64,000 nt of DNA from Sulfolobales archaeon HS-7 (GCA_019704295.1 AP024596.1:1792001-1856000), one strand, 5' to 3'; counted from the first letter of the stretch, positions 20,781 to 32,712 are shown. Numbers and translations are program-made. Notes: generated by a model not told the origin, from the sequence alone.

Positions 20781-21350
20781 GGCAAATCCGTCGTTATATT
20801 CGTAGGGGCTGAGTGGTGTCCTTACTGTGGTGCCGAAATGTAGGCCTTAATGCTAACCTTAGACAGATTCTGCAATATTACGTCACTGAGATACATGATA
20901 TCCTCCTCCCAAGAGAAAATAAAGAATGTACCCATATTCACTTTATACGGAGTCAATTACTTGAGTCCTTATATTTCGCTATTAGAGTACGAGTTCGAGA
21001 ATAGACAACACCAGCCGCTTCAACAGGTACCATCTAACATTTACTAGTTTTAGCAAGGAGTGGGCGGGGCGATACCGTTCATATACGTGGGTGGTTTTTG
21101 CTACCAAGTCGGCACTATGATAAATCCCACACTAATGGCAAATACTAACTGGAGTTTTGTTATATCGCAACTAACTAATCCGAGTTCTCCAATATCGGAA
21201 CAGGTTTATTCTGAAGCGAGTGTCCTTACAGCAGAAATATGTTCAGTTGATGGGAACTCTCCCTCTAGTGTATGTGGAGCTCATATTATAATGGCGTTAG
21301 AAGCCAAGTTAAAGAATAAAACAAATTATCAAACTGGAGGAAACGTTTTT
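20781..21350 (+). pseudogene. DUF929-family (thioredoxin-like) pseudogene, cut by the IS
   Basis: GKSVVIFVGAEWCPYCGAEM*ALMLTLDRF...IPFIYVGG...EICSVDGNSPSSVC with internal stops; FIKVT fragment just left of the IS. Confidence 0.7.
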
Positions 21351-21426
21351 GAGAGTCAGCCTAGGTCCTTTCCGCAAGTTAGCTCAAAAGTACAGGGGAA
21401 TCCATCATTAGGGGAAAACGATTTAA

Positions 21427-22731
<1,305 letters not shown>

Positions 22732-22866
22732 CCATTTCGAAATTATATAATCGATAACTCTGTATTAACAGATTTCTTTACTTTCCTGTATTTTACGCTA
22801 TCTCTCTAGGAAGTGATCTAGAAAAGAGGTAACAAGGTTAAATATGTTAAATGTGTATAATAGTTT

Positions 22867-23208
22867 ATGTCAGAGCCACTGATTACAGAATTGAAGATGC
22901 TATTCTCGGCATTGGCTGATAACACGCGATTGCAAATTGTAACCTATCTTATAGATAAAGGGGAGGCTACTGTCCAGCAAATCTCAGAGTCCATCGGTAA
23001 ATCACAGTCATTAATATCCCATCACCTTACGTGTTTAAGGAATTGTGGCGTAGTGTCCGTTAGGAAAAACGGAAAATACTCCGTGTATTCGATCAATGGA
23101 AGTGAGATAAGGGAAATAGTTAAGATGTCAATTAATCACGTAAACAAGTACAGCAAATCAATACTGGCATGCGATATAATAAAAGAACCTATTTCTGTAG
23201 AGCATTAA
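22867..23208 (+). CDS. ArsR/SmtB family regulator
   Basis: FSALADNTRLQI...SQSLISHHLTCLRNCGVV. Confidence 0.9.
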   Translation: MSEPLITELKMLFSALADNTRLQIVTYLIDKGEATVQQISESIGKSQSLISHHLTCLRNCGVVSVRKNGKYSVYSINGSEIREIVKMSINHVNKYSKSILACDIIKEPISVEH

Positions 23209-23323
23209 CTTTCTTAATGGGACGTTGGGAAGCTTGCGCGGAAAAACGTTTTCATGAAAGCTTTCTAATGATTACTTCTTCGGTGATTTCAAATGCTGAC
23301 TTTCCGTATTTTCACAACCATGT

Positions 23324-24085
23324 TCACAGAATTGAGGAACCTTTAATTGACTCTCCAGAATCCATGAGGAATATCCCTCCAGTTAGAGATTCTATTTTGA
23401 CTATACTCGCAGCTAATTCGGCTACATCCTCAGGCTGTAATATTTTCCCCATTAATGAAACCCTCTTAGCGAACTGTTCCTCAGTGAGGTTCAGGAGGGA
23501 TGCCATACTTTCCCCCAACTTAGTCTTAGTGAACCCTGGAACTAGAACGTTAACCCTAATACGTGGAGCCATTTCGAGAGCTAGGTATCTGGTTAGTGTG
23601 ATTACAGCTGCTTTCATCGAACCGTATACCAAGAGTCCTACAATAGGTGAGACTCCCGCTATTGATGATACGTTGAGAATTTCCCCTCCATCAGATATAG
23701 CAGAGGAAAATACCTTTGAACAATAGAGAACGGATTTAAAGTTGGTCGAGATCTGCCTCTCAATTACCTTTTCATCAATGGAATTGAGCGTTGTATAGAT
23801 TCCGATCCCCGCATTATTTACGAGTACGTCTACCTTTTTTCTATGCTTTAGCGTTGTCTCTAAGAGAAGTTTACATCCTTCTTCAGTTGAAACGTCTGCC
23901 ATTACCCCTATTGACTTTCCACCGTTCTTTACGATCTCCTCTACAGTCTGATTCATCTCGTTTTCCCTTTTTCTCGCGTTAACAACAACAAATGCGCCTT
24001 CAGTGGCCATCCTGATTGCTATTGCCCTTCCTATACCCCTCCCCGAACCTGTAACTACAACGGTTTTATCCCTTAACTCGAACGT
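23324..24085 (-). CDS. Short-chain dehydrogenase/reductase; probable ACG start
   Basis: Frame extends upstream of the track start through VVVTGSGRGIG to ACG 24085 (stop 2 codons earlier); NNAG, YGSMK. Confidence 0.9.
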   Translation of the reverse strand, partial: TFELRDKTVVVTGSGRGIGRAIAIRMATEGAFVVVNARKRENEMNQTVEEIVKNGGKSIGVMADVSTEEGCKLLLETTLKHRKKVDVLVNNAGIGIYTTLNSIDEKVIERQISTNFKSVLYCSKVFSSAISDGGEILNVSSIAGVSPIVGLLVYGSMKAAVITLTRYLALEMAPRIRVNVLVPGFTKTKLGESMASLLNLTEEQFAKRVSLMGKILQPEDVAELAASIVKIESLTGGIFLMDSGESIKGSSIL

Positions 24086-24900
24086 TGTTCATCCCCTGCG
24101 GCCTGATTCAAGAGGAGAGAAAATACGTTTTTCCCAATCTTGTATCCGGTAAACTTGTTTTCGAAATTATTTACCTCTACCCAGGTTCTCAGGTCTCTAT
24201 ACCCAAGTTTGGCTAGAGCTTTTTTTATTTCCTCCTCATGTTCCTCGACGTCAATCATCTCCTCCTTCATGAAAGTTGCTCTCCATATCTCATATATCCT
24301 CCTTAATTCCCTTAGTGGTTGTTTATGATCGTCAACTCTAATGTCTATTACTTTTCCTACTGAAAGCGGATCTATTTCCCCCTCTTGATTCCGTTGATTA
24401 GTAACTGCAATAAGGGCCGCGCTCTGTCTACCTCTCTTATCTCCTCCTGCCCTATCTCCAGCCTCTAACGCTCTGACTACTTTCTCTATTATGTCCCCCT
24501 TTTCTTCTGCTACTCGCGCCATAGCTTCGAGTACTTCTTCTCCTGCCAGTATGTTTCCCTGAACTGTGAAGTTATGACCTACAATATGGGATGCGTATGA
24601 ATGACACTCTTTCCCTGTAAACGCAAAGGCGTTACCTTTAGCATCTACTACTCCTACCTGTCTCCTTTCCCTCAGAGGATCTGAGGCAACTAACCTGTTT
24701 ACTGTCTCTTTTGCGTCGTATTTCTCTAGCAACTTAAGACCTTCTACGCCGTATTGCAAGTTCGCCAGAGCTTGAGTTGCTATAGCGCCTACTCCCGGTT
24801 TTAACCATGGCACCAGTGCGCCTACAGCTAAAAATTTACTTGCTACGCCAATACCCCAAACGCTTTGGTCGGGATCGTAAATCACAATCGAAAACGTCAT
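24073..24900 (-). CDS. DUF1028 family protein (Ntn-hydrolase-like)
   Basis: MTFSIV, GAIATQA, RQVGVVD, QGNILAG, GGDKRGRQSAAL, DIRVDDH. Confidence 0.9.
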   Translation of the reverse strand: MTFSIVIYDPDQSVWGIGVASKFLAVGALVPWLKPGVGAIATQALANLQYGVEGLKLLEKYDAKETVNRLVASDPLRERRQVGVVDAKGNAFAFTGKECHSYASHIVGHNFTVQGNILAGEEVLEAMARVAEEKGDIIEKVVRALEAGDRAGGDKRGRQSAALIAVTNQRNQEGEIDPLSVGKVIDIRVDDHKQPLRELRRIYEIWRATFMKEEMIDVEEHEEEIKKALAKLGYRDLRTWVEVNNFENKFTGYKIGKNVFSLLLNQAAGDEQRSS

Positions 24901-25415
24901 AGAGTATTTTTCACATGACAGATTTAATAGTTTCCTAATACTTTGGGGATCTTATCGAAGTGAGAGGGTAATCTGAGGTCATTTTCCTGAACTTTGCGCA
25001 GAACACGTCAAAAGCTTCTGAAATATCATTATAGTAAACTACAGTGTTTAGTTCATCTCCGGGAAAAAAAATATCTACTATAAGCTAAGCAGGCAATTCA
25101 GGTTTTCTTTTTGAATTCGCTTTGTTCCTATAATTTAAGAGAAAATATTACGATCATGCTCACTAAAAACGTTTAGTTAGCAGGATAATTTCGTTGAATA
25201 TCCATCTTATAATTCTTTATTATTCCAATTCGCAATAGATTTGTGATCTGCCCGTTACCGATCCAGCAATGAATTCGTTAATTTCAAACTAATAAAAGAA
25301 AGTGAACTCACAATGAATGCGTGAACGGCTCTATCTAGTTTTCCTTAATAGTTTATCAAAAATTCATGAGAATAATCGGCATACCCTTTTTAATGTTTTC
25401 AACAAACACATAATT

Positions 25416-25565
25416 ATGAGAATTGTTGAGGATGAGTACGGGAATAGGTTTTTGGAGTTTGAGACTAAAGAAGATTTAGAGGAGTTTAGGAAAATGTTAA
25501 TTGAAGCTTATTATGAGCTCAATCCCGACCATAAACGTCCTTGTGAGACCCAATCTCCCAAATAA
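25416..25565 (+). CDS. Small acidic protein (49 aa), possible antitoxin
   Basis: MRIVEDEYGNRFLEFETKEDLEEFRKMLIEAYYELNP...; TTTTTAAT about 25 nt upstream (leaderless). Confidence 0.65.
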   Translation: MRIVEDEYGNRFLEFETKEDLEEFRKMLIEAYYELNPDHKRPCETQSPK

Positions 25566-25830
25566 ATATGATACAGTTTTTCGGATCCACGCTGAATAGT
25601 ATCCTTATATCGCCCGTAACTTCTATTGAGAACATCGAATTACCGTATATGTCTCTTCCAAGTTTCTCTCTGGCATATTTGAAAGGATTTTCCTTCAATA
25701 ACTCCAACTTATCGACTATTAACATCAAAACCTCTAAGTTGGAAAACCTCCTAACCACAAACTTAGCTAGATCTTTAACGTCTCTAACATCACTCGTCAG
25801 AAACCTCATATTCCACTTCTCGCAGACCAC
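25519..25830 (-). CDS. RelE/ParE family toxin
   Basis: KLELLKENP...SIEVTGDIRILFSVD...IWEIGSHKDVY. Confidence 0.8.
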   Translation of the reverse strand: MVCEKWNMRFLTSDVRDVKDLAKFVVRRFSNLEVLMLIVDKLELLKENPFKYAREKLGRDIYGNSMFSIEVTGDIRILFSVDPKNCIIFIWEIGSHKDVYGRD

Positions 25831-26149
25831 ATTAACATAAAAAGAAAGACATATTTAAGAATCTTTTTTCTTCGTATATTATCCCATTAGAAATAATAAT
25901 ATATGTAAATAATATTATACACAATTAATAGAAACAGAAAACCGATAAAGATTGCCAAACCATCAGTCTTGTTTGCCAAAAAATCTCATTTTTGTAAGAT
26001 ATTATTAGTATAATTCATGTATAAAAATATAGGATTAAGTTAAATTAAAAGAAATAACAATATGATATGTTTAGTCAAAATCTGCTACATTTTACAAGTT
26101 AATGATAACAAAAGGAAGAAATTCTGAATTTATTTCACGAGTCCAAAAC

Positions 26150-27128
26150 GAGGTACATAGTCCACCCTGAAGCTTGAAAACGTCTAGAGGAGATTGACGA
26201 ACTGGTCAAGCATGAAGGGCTTTTCTTTCGGTGCCTTGAAGTTAAACAAGAGGTAGAAGTACAAGTTTCAGGAAGTGTCGAGAAGTGGGTAGATCAGGTA
26301 GAGGTAAAGCTTGTTGCACAACCTCCTAATAAGTTCTATTCTAGCCTTCCTCGTCTTGAGCCCTTCCTCTATTTACCACCTCGACCTGTAGGTCTCGGCC
26401 AACTCGTAAGGATCTTTGTCAACGTTTGAGACGAAAACGAAGTGCATTGGTTTCCCCTTGTGTTTCACGTAAATCACGTCGTAATAGTAGAGTCCCTTGT
26501 GATCTAGCCTTCTATAAGCAACGTAAGTTCTGTCGTTAACTGCGTGGTACCTCACGGTAAGGGGCTGGGCAAAGAGTTCCTTGACTCCCTTCAAGTTAGT
26601 TTTCCCTCTGATCACGGTTTTAGCGGGTAACTCCTTGAGGATCTCGAGGTTGAGGAATCCAGCGTCAGCAACAACGTAACTCAAGTTAACGTGCTGTAAA
26701 GCCCTATTGACGAACTCTTGAAGAAACTCGGAGGGCTTTTGATCCCCCCGGAACTGCGAATTGGGTAACCACGTTACATCTCACGGGAGACAAGAGATCT
26801 GCGGATCTAACCTTGGCCTTTCCCGAGAAGAGTTTGTCCCCCACTCTCTCCGCCTCCTTCTCTCCCACCCTCAAGAAGGTCTCGTCGAATCCCAGCACGA
26901 TCTTCTCATTAGTGAAAATTGTACACAGCTCCCAGAACTCGAAGGTTTTACCCAGAAGTTTACCTAGCTTTTTCCCTTGTCTTACAAGGGAAATGCAATC
27001 CTTTCCTCTATTTTCCGAGAGGAGGGATTTGCTCCTCTTGATAACGTCCCGGGGATTAGAGGAAATCTTCTTAAACGCTTCCTCTACTATTAGCGAGGGA
27101 CTTGTTACGTGGTTTGCTTGTCCTCATA
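26150..27128 (-). pseudogene. Degraded IS4-superfamily-type DDE transposase
   Basis: VLGFDETF, VVADAGF, YRSRW*IEEG (Y-R-E motif with nonsense codon); frameshifts; element ends not defined. Confidence 0.75.
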
Positions 27129-27509
27129 ACTAGGTCTGGGAGGTTCCTCACTTAAACTTTAACGTTATCATTTCTACCCTCTTGATAATACCAAATGCAA
27201 GGTATTACTATACGTGTAAAAACTAGGTTACGTGCCTTTCTCTGAGATAAAAATCGATCTTTTCTCCACTTCAACGGAAATTTAGTTGATTTCTACTCTT
27301 AAGCGGAATTTTCCCGTATTTTAGAAATTGTCTCATATTTAGTAAAATTAAGGAAACAACTGCTCTTCCTCTAATTTATTGACGTCGTTCTTTACCATAA
27401 TATCACGTTCTATTGTTAAACTGACACACTGTTGCAAAAATATCCTTCGCTGTTGCAAATGCCTTACCTAAATAGAGAAGGTAATTCCCTTGAAATTAAC
27501 GTAAAACAA

Positions 27510-27582
<73 letters not shown>

Positions 27583-27626
27583 ACTGCGCAGTAGTAAGAC
27601 TATATCATTATTTCTATTATTTTAAG

Positions 27627-28214
27627 TTAACGTCTCCTAGGACTTCCCCCTAGATTCATGATTTGCCTTACCCTAAAATAAGAGAGAATAATCCATACGT
27701 CAATGCACCCTATTCCCCATGCCTCTATCGTGGCAGCCGAAGGCCAATGAACCGTGGCAGCAACTACGGTGGCTATTAGGAAAAGAAAGATCATTAAAAT
27801 CCCGAGGTCTCTTGATGCGAAAAGTAATGAGAGTCCGTTTACCAAAACAGCCATGTCAAACTGTATGAAAAACCAGGTTGATACGAAAACATGTGGATAA
27901 GTGCCTTCATGATACACTCCTATAAGTGCAAGGAATATAGCAGCAATGATGACCAGCGTTGCCGAGACGGTCTCCACCTTGTTTTGGCTTAAGTATACTA
28001 AATAGCTACCATATAGCGCAGTAAATAAAGCTACAACGATTAAGCCAACGTTGTATAGATACGGATCCGTCGCTCTGGGCCCACCTAGGTCGCTAAACGC
28101 ATTTACCGTCAGTTTGAACCACGGATTAATTACCACGCATAAACCTATAATCACCCAGGCGAGAACTGCTGCAAATATGCCCGTATATCTCAGGAATGAA
28201 ACGAATCCATTCAT
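27627..28214 (-). CDS. DUF998 family membrane protein
   Basis: NPWF...NAFSDLG...YNVGL...LIGVYHEGTYPH...E. Confidence 0.8.
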   Translation of the reverse strand: MNGFVSFLRYTGIFAAVLAWVIIGLCVVINPWFKLTVNAFSDLGGPRATDPYLYNVGLIVVALFTALYGSYLVYLSQNKVETVSATLVIIAAIFLALIGVYHEGTYPHVFVSTWFFIQFDMAVLVNGLSLLFASRDLGILMIFLFLIATVVAATVHWPSAATIEAWGIGCIDVWIILSYFRVRQIMNLGGSPRRR

Positions 28215-28717
28215 AATTCCCTAGCCATGACGAAGGCATCCTCCCCGTCCATGTAGTAGTGCTTTAAAGTCCTCACCTTCTTAAAGCCCTTCTTCTCATA
28301 CAGGCGTATTGCTACGTCATTACTTACCCTTACCTCAAGATAAACTTCCTGAGCTCCGTAGTCCGATTTCATATGCGATAAGGAGTAATCTAACAAGTTT
28401 CCTCCTATACCCATTCCTCTATAACTCGGTAAAACCGCTATGGAGACAACGTGCCCCTTTTTGACGAAGTTCGGAAAGGACCTAATAACACTAAAGCCTG
28501 ATTCGATCCTAGGCATTATATAGCCAACAACCTCCCCTTTTACTTCCGCGACGAAAAAAGCCCTCGCATACTCAACAACATGTTCCTGAAAGAAGTAGTA
28601 TGGGTAGTTTTCAGGAAGTGATATCCTGTTAATTGACATAATATCTTCAACGTCATTTAGGGTAGCGTTTCTTATAGAGAACTGCACTTCCTTATCTGTT
28701 TGCAACTCTGACCACAT
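28211..28717 (-). CDS. rimI: N-alpha-acetyltransferase (Ard1/RimI family)
   Basis: LPENYPYYFF, GHVVSIAV, LEVRVSN, YYMDGEDA. Confidence 0.92.
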   Translation of the reverse strand: MWSELQTDKEVQFSIRNATLNDVEDIMSINRISLPENYPYYFFQEHVVEYARAFFVAEVKGEVVGYIMPRIESGFSVIRSFPNFVKKGHVVSIAVLPSYRGMGIGGNLLDYSLSHMKSDYGAQEVYLEVRVSNDVAIRLYEKKGFKKVRTLKHYYMDGEDAFVMAREL

Positions 28718-29245
28718 AAAGTTTAGGATTTAACGTTTAAATTATTTGTTAATAAACTCTCATTGTCAGGCATCTGATTTTACTATTATGGCAAGGCGAG
28801 GTTTAAAGTTAAGGGATTCACGGACCATTGTCAAATACGCAATTAACATGAAAAACTAGATAAACTAAAAAGTTATAAAATACGTCTGCCAACAACTAAG
28901 TTCGTTTAATTAAGAGTAGAATAATAAGATAAATTTATTTGTTAGGTGTTATACCAAATCTTAACATATTTTTCGAAAATTAAGACTAGAAAATGAGCTT
29001 TTCTAGTGTTATGAGTTCTGTTATTAAGGGTCTTAAACTGCCAGATATTGCAAGCTATAAGGTTAACAAGGGTGTTCAATCTCCGTGATCCTCTTATATT
29101 ATCCTCCTAATTGAGCGCTATAAGACATGTTATTTCTATATCCCCAAATTTAGTTTTTAAAGCAACATTTACTGTTAGACACAGTTACAAGAAAACCGTA
29201 ATAGGGGAATGAAGTTAAACGGAACTGTGAGATGTGTCTAGTATT

Positions 29246-29527
29246 TCATGTTACCCGTCGTAGTTCCAATACCTTTTTATAAATAAGATTAAGCGTCTTT
29301 CTTTTCGAATCTACCTTTTTAACTACTATTGCAATATTATCTTGAATATTTTTTGGATACGCCTTATTCAGTTGTACAGGTTCTAATCCTAATTCTGTAC
29401 CCGCACGGATAATCTCTTCTACTTTCAGATTAGGAATCTTCTTCATTCGTAGTCCTTTACTTTTCGTCGAATTAAAATAACTCGCCCATATTATACATTT
29501 CTTATCTTTTAATTCCCGTAAGCTCAT
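29246..29527 (-). CDS. srp19: Signal recognition particle protein SRP19
   Basis: IIWASYFNS...ELGL...KAYP; follows rps8e. Confidence 0.85.
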   Translation of the reverse strand: MSLRELKDKKCIIWASYFNSTKSKGLRMKKIPNLKVEEIIRAGTELGLEPVQLNKAYPKNIQDNIAIVVKKVDSKRKTLNLIYKKVLELRRVT

Positions 29528-29913
29528 TATTCAGACACTAGTATCGCGTTTATTACACCGTCCTGTCCAGGCCTTGATGTAACGATAGCTGTTCCCTTTT
29601 CTGTTTTAATTTTCGCCCCTTTAACAATAATCCCACGTCGTGCATACTCTCTGTTGGAGGGCGTCTCAATCACCTGTAATATTTTTGATTTCTCACTTTT
29701 TTTGCTCGCTGGATCGTATACATTAGCTACTACTGCATATCGCAGTTTAAGCTTAAAATTACCCCCCATGGTTCTTTGCTTTACCCTAAGCTCCTGCCCA
29801 CTGAGTGTTGTCTCCGTCATCGGCCTTCCTAGCTCGAATTTCCTTTTCCCTCTATATCTTCTCTTTTCTCCCCCAGATATTTTCTTTAAATCTGATCCTT
29901 GGAATACTCCCAT
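29527..29913 (-). CDS. rps8e: 30S ribosomal protein S8e
   Basis: KRKFELGR, TSRPGQDGVINA. Confidence 0.97.
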   Translation of the reverse strand: MGVFQGSDLKKISGGEKRRYRGKRKFELGRPMTETTLSGQELRVKQRTMGGNFKLKLRYAVVANVYDPASKKSEKSKILQVIETPSNREYARRGIIVKGAKIKTEKGTAIVTSRPGQDGVINAILVSE

Positions 29914-30152
29914 TAGTTATCAGATTTAGAGATCAGTAGAATGAAAATAAGCTTTACTTTTGTTCTACCTACTTTCAGTAATCGACTTGCAGAACTTCAC
30001 TATGTCTTAGGGACTCCTATATTTCGAACGAAGTTATCGAAAACCGTTTTCCATATCAACGTTTTAATGTAGTATAGCTGTGTAAGGAGAAGGTACTGTT
30101 TTTTGTATATTTAATAAGTATAGTTAAATTCCCGACGCTAAATAGGAAATCG

Positions 30153-31757
30153 TTATCCCTTCACGGGGAGAACAGCCGATTCGAATTTTTTATCAAGTTC
30201 TACAATTATTATTCTAGTCCCTGTATCCTTTAACACCTTCTCTAGCTCTTGCCCTTTTTCAACCTTTTCGGCACCAGGGAGTTCAGGTACTTTAGGCTCT
30301 TCACTCCTTTGGGTTTTCTCTATAAAGGGTGAATCTCCCTCAGTTACGTTTATACGGCTAATCCCGTGATCATTTACTACGATTAGTGTACCCTTAATAA
30401 AATTAGGGATAACTCCTTGGTAGTTCATGAAAGTATATACGTCGGTTACTCCAATCGACTTTTCGTTTTCTAATACACCTGCTATCGAAAGTCCTTTACT
30501 TATAATCGAGGTTGAGGTTACCCAGCCTCTAGGCTTATCTATCGGGAGCCTAATCATGTCAATTGTCGTAGATGATATGTCAACGTATATAGTGTCAAAG
30601 GATATTTTGCTTATCTCGTTCATAATATCATGAGGCCATATACCATCGTGGGTTTTCATTTCCTTTTGCACTTTTAGTTTCTTAAGCATCTCCCTTTTAC
30701 CAGTATCCCTTTTTTCTTTGATCTTATCCTTGAGTGAGTTCAGTAATTCCTTCAGGAAAAGTCCAGTATCTGCAACCGCGGGTAGGTGTGGGACGTATAC
30801 CTTCCCTAACTCCTCTCCATCAACGTTATTATGGACTAATAAGCCCTTAAATGGTGCTGACCATCCTCCAAAAGACAACTGTCCAAACCTTGTACCGAGT
30901 GCTAGAATTACATCAGCGTTTTCGAGCAAATAATTAGTTGCCGAAGTCCCCACCACACCTAATGCCTCACCTGCGTACAATTCGTGTGATGCTGGAAACG
31001 CACCTTTCGCCTTTATAGTGGAGATGACCGGCACGTCTAATAATTCAGCTAGCGTCTTAAGCTCGTTCCATGCATTAGCTACTAATACTCCGTACCCTGC
31101 GATTATAACCGGGTTCTTTGCATTAATTAGGAGTTCGGCGGTTTTCAACACCGAGTTCTTATCAGGAGTCTTCTTTTCTGGTATTTGCTTGCTCCCAGCC
31201 AGTGGATAACCCTTAAGCTTAAAGAGGTCCTCCGCTACTTCAGCGTATACGGGTCTTGGCCTATTACTTACTGCGTCTTTGTAAGCTTTTTCAAGGGTTG
31301 TAGTTATCTCTTCTATCGTAACAGTCCTCTCTCTTACTTTAGTCACCGCAGACAACATAAAGGGCACATCTTCATTAGTCCTTAATTCCCCGATTCTAGA
31401 TTTTGATACGTCACGATACGACCTTATGGTTCCTATCATGAAGAGGGGAATAGAGTCCACAAAGGCCTGAGCTATTATATCCATTCCCTCTAACAAGCTT
31501 GAACCAGGCATTGCTATTACTGTTCCCGCATTTCCTGAACTTCTTGAATACGTGTCTGCCATAAGAAGGGCGGTTCTCATAGTAGGGGCTATCGTAACAT
31601 CAATTTTATACTCATTAAGTTTCGATATAAGAGAGGAAATAGTATCATTCGATGTAAAGACCTTTGTAATGCCCGTTTCATTCAACGTATAGGCGATTGC
31701 TTCATCAGCGGCCATTTGCTTTCCTACAGTTTCTTCCTTTCTCTTTGGCTGACTCAT
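30153..31757 (-). CDS. Thiamine-pyrophosphate-binding protein (acetolactate synthase large subunit-like, divergent)
   Basis: NPVIIAGYG, KAKGAFPASH, ADVILALGTRF; canonical GDG motif not evident. Confidence 0.8.
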   Translation of the reverse strand: MSQPKRKEETVGKQMAADEAIAYTLNETGITKVFTSNDTISSLISKLNEYKIDVTIAPTMRTALLMADTYSRSSGNAGTVIAMPGSSLLEGMDIIAQAFVDSIPLFMIGTIRSYRDVSKSRIGELRTNEDVPFMLSAVTKVRERTVTIEEITTTLEKAYKDAVSNRPRPVYAEVAEDLFKLKGYPLAGSKQIPEKKTPDKNSVLKTAELLINAKNPVIIAGYGVLVANAWNELKTLAELLDVPVISTIKAKGAFPASHELYAGEALGVVGTSATNYLLENADVILALGTRFGQLSFGGWSAPFKGLLVHNNVDGEELGKVYVPHLPAVADTGLFLKELLNSLKDKIKEKRDTGKREMLKKLKVQKEMKTHDGIWPHDIMNEISKISFDTIYVDISSTTIDMIRLPIDKPRGWVTSTSIISKGLSIAGVLENEKSIGVTDVYTFMNYQGVIPNFIKGTLIVVNDHGISRINVTEGDSPFIEKTQRSEEPKVPELPGAEKVEKGQELEKVLKDTGTRIIIVELDKKFESAVLPVKG

Positions 31758-31848
31758 ACAGTGTATTGAGTCGTAAAATAATTAAAGACTTACCTTTCCC
31801 TTAGTAGTATAGAGAAATCTTAAATTCAGAAAGAGAGTAGTAAAATAT

Positions 31849-31923
31849 GGGCCCGTCGTCTAGCTTGGTTAGGACGTCGCCCTGACGCGGCGAAAATCCT
31901 GGGTTCAAGTCCCAGCGGGCCCA
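31849..31923 (+). tRNA. tRNA-Val(GAC)
   Basis: GGGCCCG acceptor; arm TCGCC-CTGACGC-GGCGA; TTAAA box upstream. Confidence 0.97.
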
Positions 31924-32554
31924 ATATTTTACGCCTTAATGTCAGCGAAGTTTTAAGGCAGCAGAACTATAAAGGAAAATATCGAACTTTTATGGTTAAA
32001 AGAGTGTCTAAGTGTTAGCATAGAGGTTACGAGAGATATTAAGGACATTTTACGGTCGTTCCATGAATGAGGTGGAATACTTTCCTAAATTCCCACATAT
32101 TCAGTTATATTTCGCAAAAGACCATTAGGCACTTTTAGTTCCGCAACGAGAGATAATTCAGGGCTCTTTTACGAACTGTAATTTATGAATAAAATAGTTT
32201 AATAATTGACCTATTGAGCGTAAATCCCTACCTTATAGACGCAATAATATTCAATTGAATTCGTCACCCTCTCTTAAATAAATTGAATTCGTAAAGGACC
32301 TGTGAGTTCCCAGATTACTGTAACTTTTGCCCTGTTAATAAAAATTTGAATTGTTATTTCATAAGATTATCAGCACTGTAGCTTTTAGTATTTTTACTAA
32401 ATTTAAGACTTATAATTTTTACATTAGTACCTCCCCCTTAAGAGAGTTAATTATTTTCATCCTTTTTCGCATTTTTAAATAAAAGTCGTTACTAACAGTT
32501 TCCGATGAAACGCGGAGTTTAATACTTTATACATTATTTTATAGACGTTGTAGC

Positions 32555-32712
32555 CAATTGCGGACGAACTTTCCCGAAAGGTAACAGGGCATTACACAAG
32601 ATGTGTGAATTTACCCGCATCCACGAGCAGGTTTGAGTTAAGGTTATCCCGGTAAAGGAGTGCAGAAGGATGAAAGAGCAATGCCCCTGTCACTTCGGTC
32701 AAGTCCTAGCGT
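32555..32712 (-). ncRNA. Candidate structured ncRNA of unknown family
   Basis: About 26-bp long-range stem with G-U pairs only on the minus strand; TTTTTATAAA box at 32739-32730. Confidence 0.6.

Noticed and set aside
25950-27440. Terminal inverted repeats for the second IS
   Set aside because: Only weak similarity (CAGTCTTGTTTGCC vs CAGTTGTTTCC), so the ends were not called.
28993-29088. 31-codon ORF MSFSSVMSSVIKGLKLPDIASYKVNKGVQSP
   Set aside because: No clear promoter, SD or homology; could be chance.
32008-32070. Fragment LSVSIEVTRDIKDIL resembling RelE 'SIEVTGDIRIL' downstream of tRNA-Val
   Set aside because: Too short and with no intact frame; no att duplication or integrase supports an integrated element.
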